DNA of 24,915 nucleotides, filler included, from an uncultured virus (IMG/VR IMGVR_UViG_2049941000_000750) (Duplodnaviria > Heunggongvirae > Uroviricota > Caudoviricetes). It is 16 parts of one record of this genome, joined end to end, with 100 filler letters (N's around TTAATTAATTAA, not from the genome) between each part and the next. Parts side by side here need not be neighbours in the genome. Positions count along the whole stretch, not along the records: positions 8,210 to 9,574 come from IMGVR_UViG_2049941000_000750; positions 9,675 to 10,909 come from IMGVR_UViG_2049941000_000750; positions 11,010 to 12,240 come from IMGVR_UViG_2049941000_000750; positions 12,341 to 15,739 come from IMGVR_UViG_2049941000_000750; 12 more parts are not named here. The stretch is one strand, 5' to 3'. The notes beneath the pieces were generated by a model. It saw nothing but the letters and a program-made list of their open reading frames with translations, had not been told where the DNA came from and did no database searches. The position numbers and the translations under genes were made by a program. Positions 8,630-15,839 of this stretch are shown here, piece after piece. Within the stretch, counting starts at the first letter, position 1; every line of letters starts with the position of its first letter.

Positions 8630-8965
8630 TTAACCCTCCACCAATTTCTCTCCTAAGTATTCTTTTAATTCTTTAATGGCGTCGTCTAAAGAATAAACGA
8701 CGACGCACTTATAACCATGTAAAGAAAGTTTACTCATGGTTTCTTTTTGTCTTGGTGAGACATGTCCTTTCTCAGACTTGACTTCCATAAACAGCCCATG
8801 AAAACCATTGGACGCTATAGGAAAAAACAGATCAGGTACTCCAGGTAACAACCCCTCACGTGTTAATCTGATACGGTTTGATGAGTCAACATCAGCTCCA
8901 TTCGGAATTGAAAACACATCAATTTTGCAAAGCTTAGCATACTTTACAATGTTCGTTTGTATTTT
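8630..8965 (-). CDS. VRR-NUC domain nuclease (5' end missing)
   Basis: KIQTNIVKY...FSIPNG...EGLLPGVPDLFFP...FHGLFMEVKSEKGHVSPRQKE...GY...VVYS.DDA gives a PD-(D/E)xK VRR-NUC pattern. Confidence 0.9.
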   Translation of the reverse strand, partial: KIQTNIVKYAKLCKIDVFSIPNGADVDSSNRIRLTREGLLPGVPDLFFPIASNGFHGLFMEVKSEKGHVSPRQKETMSKLSLHGYKCVVVYSLDDAIKELKEYLGEKLVEG

Positions 8966-8977
8966 NNNNNNNNNNAC

Positions 8978-9076
8978 ATTATGACACCAAAATTCGATAA
9001 TGCAAATAAAAAGTGTGTATCAAATATATGTAATAATTACCGTGAAACAAACCTTGACATTTTAATTATTACACGG
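8978..9076. promoter_or_regulatory. Candidate res site with divergent sigma70 promoters
   Basis: 11-bp inverted repeat TGTAATAATTA (9029-9039) / TAATTATTACA (9063-9073) flanks TTGACA (9054-9059). The minus strand has TTGCAT-16-CATAAT with an extended TG (9005-8978). TGTATCA and TGAAACA resemble resolvase half-sites. Confidence 0.55.
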
Positions 9077-9080
9077 TTGT

Positions 9081-9574
9081 ATGTATATCGTGAATGTTAA
9101 TGGTGTTAAGGTGGGCTACATGAGGGTCAGTACATCTGACGGTAGCCAAAAATTAGATATGCAAGAAACTGCTTTAATTGAAGCAGGAGTTTCTCCAGAA
9201 AAAATATATAGTGATATGGCATCAGGTGCTAAAGAAGACCGCACAGGACTAAATTATATGCTTAAATCACTAAATCCTGGCGATACGGTTGTTGTTTGGA
9301 AGCNNNNNNNNNNCGATAGACTTGGAAGAAGCGTTAAGCATCTTGTTAATGTCATCGATGAACTTATAAAAAAAGATGTTCATCTTGAAATATTAACTGG
9401 TGCTTGTCATGGGATTAACATGAGTACCCCTGAAGGTAAAATGTTTTTTAATTTAATGGCAACGTTTGCTCAATTTGAAAGAGATTTGATCCGTGAGCGT
9501 GTTATTGCAGGTATTGCAGAAGCAAAAAGACGTGGAAGAAAGTCTGGCAGAAAATTTAAATTCTCAAATGAAGA
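9081..9574 (+). CDS. Serine resolvase/invertase, TniR (Tn5053/Tn402)-like; HTH end missing
   Basis: GYMRVSTSDGSQ (catalytic Ser), SGAKEDRTGL, GDTVVVWK..DRLGRS, TPEGKMFFNLMATFAQFERDLIRER..AG..EAKRRGR.SGR. The DGSQ insert and LTG.....I segment recall TniR. A 10-N gap lies at 9304-9313. Confidence 0.93.
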
Positions 9575-9747
9575 NNNNNNNNNNNNNNNNNNNNNNNNNN
9601 NNNNNNNNNNNNNNNNNNTTAATTAATTAANNNNNNNNNNNNNNNNNNNNNNNNNNNNNNNNNNNNNNNNNNNNGCGTTGAGAGTCTTCAAAAGCGTATA
9701 AATGAGCTTGCTTCAAAAAATATAAGTTTATAAACCTTTAAGCAATT

Positions 9748-9996
9748 ATGAATGTTGAGGACTATCAAAATCTTGTAAACATGTTGCACGAGCGTGAGGA
9801 TGTTTTTAAACGCTTGCAAAATTGCGCTCAGAATTGCTTGAAAGATAAAGACCTGACCCCACGATATAAAAACGCGCTTGAGAGCCTTATAGACGGCATT
9901 AAAACGCTTTTTGAGGGGGTTGATGACCTTGAAAAAGGCTTGCAAGACTACAATGAGTATTGCCGTCTAGTTGATAAGTTTATGCGTGAAAATTGA
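9748..9996 (+). CDS. Hypothetical protein (82 aa)
   Basis: Complete ORF, helical and charged; no motif recognised. Confidence 0.6.
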   Translation: MNVEDYQNLVNMLHEREDVFKRLQNCAQNCLKDKDLTPRYKNALESLIDGIKTLFEGVDDLEKGLQDYNEYCRLVDKFMREN

Positions 9997-10005
9997 AAAA
10001 CTTGC

Positions 10006-10034
10006 TTGCGTTTTTTGCAATACAACATTATGAT
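10006..10034 (+). promoter_or_regulatory. Sigma70-type promoter
   Basis: TTGCGT (10006-10011), 17-nt spacer, TATGAT (10029-10034), with A-tracts upstream, in an intergenic region. Confidence 0.55.
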
Positions 10035-10255
10035 CAATGGCGGTTTCTTTTTGCTGTTTTTCTTTTTTTGCGATGTAAAAAGCTTTAGCTTTTGAATTAA
10101 CAACTACCGCTTAGGCTTGCCATAAAGCGGGCTTAAGTGTAAAAAATTATGCCTGTTTTTGTTTAGCTTTATTAAGGTTAAATGGCTTTATAAAAAAACC
10201 CTGAAAACCTTGATTTAGCTTGCTTTTCAACATCAAAAAAGGCATTTTTGTATTT

Positions 10256-10459
10256 ATGGATGTTAATGATTTAAGTGTTTTAAGATTGTCGATCAATAAT
10301 ATAAAGCATCAAGCAAAACAAGCCGCAAGCAATTTTAAGCGTACCGATATGGATCAATACAATCGGCAATGCCAAATTGCAAGCGGGATTAACCGCATGC
10401 GGATCATATGGCGCAATATTGCAAGCATTGAAAAGGTACTTGCAAAGACATCAAAATGA
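10256..10459 (+). CDS. Hypothetical protein (67 aa)
   Basis: ATG at 10256 preferred over TTG at 10220; its stop overlaps the next start (ATGA). Confidence 0.55.
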   Translation: MDVNDLSVLRLSINNIKHQAKQAASNFKRTDMDQYNRQCQIASGINRMRIIWRNIASIEKVLAKTSK

Positions 10460-10578
10460 AAAGATTGCTTAAAAAGGTTTACGGCATTGCATTGCTTGCT
10501 TTGATTGCCCTTTTGGGGTCTTTGGTTGATTTGCTTAATCGCTTGTATTTTCTTTTAAGAAGATTGCAAAATGATTGA
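10456..10578 (+). CDS. Small membrane protein (40 aa)
   Basis: MKRLLKKVYGIALLALIALLGSLVDLLNRLYFLLRRLQND; ATGA-coupled upstream and overlapping the next ATG. Too short for the ORF track. Confidence 0.5.
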   Translation: MKRLLKKVYGIALLALIALLGSLVDLLNRLYFLLRRLQND

Positions 10579-10900
10579 AAACATTGAAAAGCTTAAGCAA
10601 GATTTTAAACAAGCGGGCTTTGATGTTGATGCCCCCGCCTTTGCTTTTCATTTTGATGATTTTAAAAAAAGCCCGTTAAGTAGCTTTATACCGCTTTTTA
10701 CCCGCCTTTTGCATGATGTAAGGCAAGGAGGCACGATTGCCGTTGATGATATTGAAAAGGTTGAAAAGGGTTTTCAAAAGGTTTTAAGGTACTTTTTGCC
10801 GTTATCTTTTTTTGAAAACGATGAAAATAAACCCTTAATAACTTACGCAAAAAAGGTAAGGGGCTTTAAAAAAACAAAACGCAAGGGCAAAACGCTTTAA
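10571..10900 (+). CDS. Hypothetical protein (109 aa)
   Basis: Complete ORF with a basic C-terminal tail; the stop overlaps another ATG (TAATG). Confidence 0.6.
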   Translation: MIENIEKLKQDFKQAGFDVDAPAFAFHFDDFKKSPLSSFIPLFTRLLHDVRQGGTIAVDDIEKVEKGFQKVLRYFLPLSFFENDENKPLITYAKKVRGFKKTKRKGKTL

Positions 10901-11009
10901 TGCAAAAAANNNNNNNNNNNNNNNNNNNNNNNNNNNNNNNNNNNNNNNNNNNNTTAATTAATTAANNNNNNNNNNNNNNNNNNNNNNNNNNNNNNNNNNN
11001 NNNNNNNNN

Positions 11010-11694
11010 AAGACGGAGCTCAGAAATAACCCCAGAATAGCAAGTTGCGAAATTAAAAGCCTATGCGGTGCGATCGTACGTGCAGGACAATTCGGACTAG
11101 AATTGGATAGCATGCAAGGTCACGCATATTTAACCAGCAGGGGCAATAATTGCCAGCTGATTATTGGATACAAAGGCATGATTGCTTTGGGTGTGCGTAG
11201 TGAGAAATTATTATCGCTAGAGGTTCAAAAAGTTTGTAAAAACGACTTTTTTGAGATGGAACATGGCGATAATAAGGGCTTGAGACACCGTCCAAAGTCT
11301 ACCAAAGAAGAACGTGGCGAAGTTATTGGATATTATGCCTATGCTCATTTGGTAAATCATGACAAGGCATTTGAGTATATGAATATGGACGAAATTGAGG
11401 AGCTTAAAGAGAAAGCAAATGTCACACGCATGCCAAACTCCCCGTGGGTAAAGTTTGAAGAAGCGATGTGCAAAAAGACCGTAGTTCGTCAATTGTTCAA
11501 ATACTTGAGCTTGAGTCCTGAAATGGATAGCGCAATTGGATTGGACGAAATGGCAGACGCAGGAGTTCAGTCGGATACATTGCGTAAAATTGGCGATGAT
11601 TTCGTCAAAAATGATGAAAAAATGACGGAACCGACGTCAAAAATACCAGAAGTATTGCCTGAGGGTTGGTCTAGAGTCAATGAAGTCAAGGAAG
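11010..11694 (+). CDS. recT: RecT-family single-strand annealing protein (both ends missing)
   Basis: KTELRNNPRIASCEIKSLCGAIVRAGQFGLELDSMQGHAYL...CQLIIGYKGMIALGVRS...VIGYYAYA...SPWVKFEEAMCKKTVVRQLFKYLSLSPE. Confidence 0.93.
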
Positions 11695-11969
11695 NNNNNN
11701 NNNNTAGTATTAAGTATCATGGAAAACAGTAAGTCAAACCTTTTGGCGGAAATTTTTAACTCGACAAAAGAGAAAGTTTTTGTCAATTTGGTATCTATAG
11801 AAAGGCGAAAAGACATGGAATGAACCATGCCTTTATAAAAACTAACTACTAAAAACAACCCTTATAGAAAGGTCTACAAAAGGTTATTTACTATGAACAA
11901 TAGAGACAGAAAACATAGAAACTTGCAAGCTTTTTTTGCAAAAAACTTTAGAGAGGGCGCAAAACAGAG

Positions 11970-12240
11970 ATGAATGGTGACATTGAGATCGAAAAAAGAA
12001 TAAACTGCGATGGCGGTTTTGGTATAATGCCTCATCGTTTGAGGAAAGCAGAAAATATAAACATTAACGCAAAGCTTTTGTTTTTAGCATTAATAGAACT
12101 ACAACACGAAAAAGGTTATTGCTACGCTTCAAACAAATACCTAGCACAAGAAGAATTAAATGGTGTTTCTATAAGGTCTATACAAAATTGGCTTAACGAA
12201 CTTGAAGAGAACGGTTGGATTAAAACAGACATCATACGCG
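11970..12240 (+). CDS. Phage replication initiator, N-terminal winged-HTH
   Basis: FGIMP......I..NAKLLF..L.....KGYCYASNKYLA.....S.RSIQNWLNELEENGWI; GAGG Shine-Dalgarno region upstream. Confidence 0.85.
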
Positions 12241-12340
12241 NNNNNNNNNNNNNNNNNNNNNNNNNNNNNNNNNNNNNNNNNNNNTTAATTAATTAANNNN
12301 NNNNNNNNNNNNNNNNNNNNNNNNNNNNNNNNNNNNNNNN

Positions 12341-13234
12341 ACGGGCAAGCATGATGTCAGAGCCCAACTCAAGACGCTTCTGACGATACCAAAAGATTTG
12401 GTCGTTATCGAGCTTGAATTTATCTTTGAGTTCTTTCTCTTTGTCGGTTAGCTCTAAGTCTGCAGGAGCAGGAAGACGATACTCTTCCTGTTCATACCAA
12501 GCAATGAAAACATAATCAAATGGGCTATCGTTGGACAGGCTCTGTTGATACATATCCCACAAAGCTTTGCGTCCTGAAGAGGTGGATTCAATCAATACCA
12601 CCGAGCGATTGCCATTTGGGATAGACTGAGAAAGACCAGCCCAAAACTTTTTCCAATCGGGATAATAATCAACCTCAGTAAGATGGACAATGTCATACCT
12701 ATCACCACGAGATTGACCTTCGGTCGCAGCCCATTCACCAAAGCATATGGAGTATCCGCTCTGACCATGATCAATTTTTAATTGAGTACTGGTTTGATGG
12801 CTTGCTGGCATTTGCTGAAGCTTCAATGTTTGCATGTCAATCAATCCACGAAAGGCTTTTTCACGCAAGTCTTTCTCACGCTGTGAAACAATGAGCCCTG
12901 TCGTCTGAGGATAGTAGGATAGCTTCCAAAGAATCATTGCACGGCAGAAAGTAGAGATTCCCTGCTGACGCCCCTTGATGATCACCAAACGAATCTGATT
13001 GTTCTTCTCCATCTGCTCTTTACATTTCTGATAGAGTTTGTTTTGCGCGTTGTTAAGCTTCATGAACACACGCTGATTCTCTTTGTTGATGATGCGAATA
13101 CTGTTTTCACAACACCATTTGAAGCTCTTTCTGCACTCCAATGCGAAGTTGTAGTTCGCTCTTCGCGCAGCTCCTACATCCAGCGTGCGAAATATTTTTC
13201 CTTTGTAATCGTCTAAGTTTGGTTCCCAATCCAT
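12341..13234 (-). CDS. terL: Terminase large subunit, N-terminal ATPase part
   Basis: LNNAQ adenine-binding motif, RLVIIKGRQQGIST Walker A, RGD.YDIVHLTEVDYYP Walker B, VLIEST, and VFIAWY. Confidence 0.93.
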
Positions 13235-13238
13235 ATCT

Positions 13239-13294
13239 AGTGTCCTAAAAGATTAAAGGGGGACAAGTATGCTGTTGACGTCTCCCCCTATAAC
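13239..13294 (-). repeat. Hairpin element, copy 2 (5' leader of terL)
   Basis: Minus strand GTTATAGGGGGAGAC...GTCCCCCT TTAATCTTT TAGGACACT AGAT ATG; AGGGGGA/TCCCCCT stem. Confidence 0.7.
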
Positions 13295-13360
13295 CCATGC
13301 ATAAAAATATATTTAGAATTCAATAACTATACNNNNNNNNNNAAACCTAAATTTTTCATA

Positions 13361-13653
13361 TCAATAATTTCCTAAATAAAATCCCCCAAAATAATTTCCG
13401 TAAGCTGCGGTATCAAGTGTATTGTAGTTTGAATAACCGTATGAAACAATTGAAACAACATCTCCTTTATTAAGGTTTGCAGTTCCACAACAAGAAGTGG
13501 TTTGATTTCCTGCTGTTGATGGCGCACCTACAATAGAAGACAAATGGGAACCACCATTAACACTAATACCAACCGACGTCCTTTGACCAGCACTACCTCC
13601 AAGATTAAACATTAGTTGAGAATACAAAAACCAATATCCTTTAAGAGGTATTG
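13361..13653 (-). CDS. Tail fibre C-terminal C1q/TNF-like domain fragment
   Basis: IPLKGYWFLYSQL...GISVNG...ANLNKGDVVSI...NYFGGFYLG fits the P..G.Y.F, L..GD.V and F.G..L C1q pattern. Confidence 0.7.
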
Positions 13654-13663
13654 NNNNNNNNNN

Positions 13664-13941
13664 AACAAGCCACCGACATTTCTGACCGATGTAATGTTGG
13701 CATCAATCTCGACACCAAATGAACTCGTGGTGTGACCGTTCTCAAGTGCGTAATTGAACTTCTGCTCAAGCTCAGCAAGCTTATCCTGCCGAGCGTAATA
13801 CAGCATTGCTTCTGGCTCTAAAGCTTCCAGCTCTTCCATTGAAGGCTGTGGAAGCTTGTCAGAGATGTTCCATTGTTTTATATATGGTCCGTGACCTTCA
13901 TCCAACAATATTACATCTTTGGTTAAATCTATCGAGACAGC
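13664..13941 (-). CDS. XkdW-like tail fibre assembly protein fragment
   Basis: DVILLDEGHGPYIKQWNISDKLPQPSMEELEAL resembles the XkdW D.G.GPYI..WN...PQP..EEL motif. Confidence 0.7.
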
Positions 13942-13951
13942 NNNNNNNNNN

Positions 13952-14249
13952 CATAAAAGACATTAAAACAAAAGAAGAAACGTTGATAACACAAATCGCT
14001 TGCGTGACAATGATTGGGCGAGATGGTTATATGAATTGGAGAGATAAATACGAAGAAGAAACTGGCGAGCGTCCAATATACGACCTTGAATTCTATATCC
14101 CGTTTGGGAAAAAGTTGCCGGGAGATATTTGGAAATGGCTTCTAAAGTACAGTCACAATTTCGGTTTGCCATCAGAAAGAAAAATAGATGAAGTTCGTAA
14201 ATGGTACTATAAGGGCGACCATAGTGCTGCCTGGAATTTATTTGCATAA
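13952..14249 (+). CDS. Hypothetical protein, C-terminal fragment
   Basis: IKDIKTKEETLITQIACVTMIGRDGYMNWRDKYEEETG...AWNLFA-stop; the listed start lies across a gap. Confidence 0.55.
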
Positions 14250-14268
14250 AAGGATGAANNNNNNNNNN

Positions 14269-14459
14269 ACGAGAAAAAAGTAAACGAGGTTATTGAAGGC
14301 TACAAAAGATACATTGATTATCTGAACAAATGTAAAAACAATGACTTTAACAGACGTCCGAAAGACCCGTCGACGTTCTTAAATGTAAAAAACAAGACAT
14401 GGTTAGATGCATGGGAGTTTGTTGAGGAAGAGCCTGCAAAAAAAGAGACTACAACTCAG
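14269..14459 (+). CDS. Replication initiator, C-terminal domain fragment
   Basis: EVIEGYKRYIDYL...PKDPSTFLNVKNKTWLD has the P.TFLN...W.D motif of lambdoid initiator C-termini. Confidence 0.65.
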
Positions 14460-14666
14460 NNNNNNNNNNNNNNNNNNNNNNNNNNNNNNNNNNNNNNNNN
14501 NNNNNNNNNNNNNNNNNNNNNNNNNNNNNNNNNNNNNNNNNNNNNNNNNNNNNNNNNNNNNNNNNNNNNNNNNNNNNNNNNNNNNNNNNNNNNNNNNNNN
14601 NNNNNNNNNNNNNNNNNNNNNNNNNNNNNNNNNNNNNNNNNNNNNNNNNNNNNNNNNNNNNNNNNN

Positions 14667-14795
14667 TGATGGTTGTAACATCGAAAAATTCAATAGGAAA
14701 AACATCGTTGTTGCTAAACTTTATTGCTAACGACATAAAATATGGGTACAGTTTGTTTTTTAGCACTGAAACAACAAGAGTTAGAGTCCTAGAAA
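14667..14795 (+). CDS. DnaB-like replicative helicase fragment
   Basis: MVVTSKNSIGKTSLLLNFIAN...SLFFSTET corresponds to the Walker A (cf. ARPSMGKT) and FSLEM motifs. Confidence 0.7.
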
Positions 14796-15255
14796 NNNNN
14801 NNNNNNNNNNNNNNNNNNNNNNNNNNNNNNNNNNNNNNNNNNNNNNNNNNNNNNNNNNNNNNNNNNNNNNNNNNNNNNNNNNNNNNNNNNNNNNNNNNNN
14901 NNNNNNNNNNNNNNNNNNNNNNNNNNNNNNNNNNNNNNNNNNNNNNNNNNNNNNNNNNNNNNNNNNNNNNNNNNNNNNNNNNNNNNNNNNNNNNNNNNNN
15001 NNNNNNNNNNNNNNNNNNNNNNNNNNNNNNNNNNNNNNNNNNNNNNNNNNNNNNNNNNNNNNNNNNNNNNNNNNNNNNNNNNNNNNNNNNNNNNNNNNNN
15101 NNNNNNNNNNNNNNNNNNNNNNNNNNNNNNNNNNNNNNNNNNNNNNNNNNNNNNNNNNNNNNNNNNNNNNNNNNNNNNNNNNNNNNNNNNNNNNNNNNNN
15201 NNNNNNNNNNNNNNNNNNNNNNNNNNNNNNNNNNNNNNNNNNNNNNNNNNNNNNN

Positions 15256-15441
15256 GACCTGGACAATGATGGCTTCAGAGATACAAATCTCACTTTCAGA
15301 CTTAAGGTTCAGGACACTGCAAAGAAAATCTTAAGCACATTAACGGTACGAACACCATTAACACACTACGCTCTCACAATACCTTTAGATAACGATCGAT
15401 ACTACAATAACCTACTTGATGACATCATATACGTTTACTAA
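15256..15441 (+). CDS. Hypothetical protein, C-terminal fragment convergent with terL
   Basis: 61 open codons DLDNDGFRDTNLTFRLKVQD...LLDDIIYVY-stop; its TAA (15439-15441) overlaps the terL stop on the other strand. Confidence 0.55.
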   Translation, partial: DLDNDGFRDTNLTFRLKVQDTAKKILSTLTVRTPLTHYALTIPLDNDRYYNNLLDDIIYVY

Positions 15442-15739
15442 AAATCGTATGGACTCCAATCGGTCTTGATATTGATGTTGGTGAAGTTGGTTTTATCCTG
15501 GAAGTATTGGCTATTGTTCTCATAGAATGTCATCGCAAATGCGTCGGCAATATCTGGTGAGTACAACATCCTGCTTTTGGAAATCAACTGAACTTTGGTT
15601 GAATTTGGTTCAAGCTCAATCATGAGAAGCTGATTGAGAAACTCCTGGTCGTCCACAATATGTACAGGCTTGTTGGCAAGCCATTCTTTAGCGCGTCCAT
15701 ACATTTCTGCACGGCGATTGAAGTATTTGTTTTTGTCAT
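15438..15739 (-). CDS. terL: Terminase large subunit, C-terminal nuclease end
   Basis: YFNRRAEMYGRAKEWL...L.SK..M..SPDIADAFAMTF matches the N.RAEM and SPD.ADA motifs. Confidence 0.88.
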
Positions 15740-15839
15740 NNNNNNNNNNNNNNNNNNNNNNNNNNNNNNNNNNNNNNNNNNNNTTAATTAATTAANNNNN
15801 NNNNNNNNNNNNNNNNNNNNNNNNNNNNNNNNNNNNNNN

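Noticed and set aside
15256..15441. C-terminus of the DnaB-like helicase
   Set aside because: The distance would roughly fit, but the fragment lacks the DAD and K.R.G motifs of DnaB C-termini, and gap sizes are unreliable.
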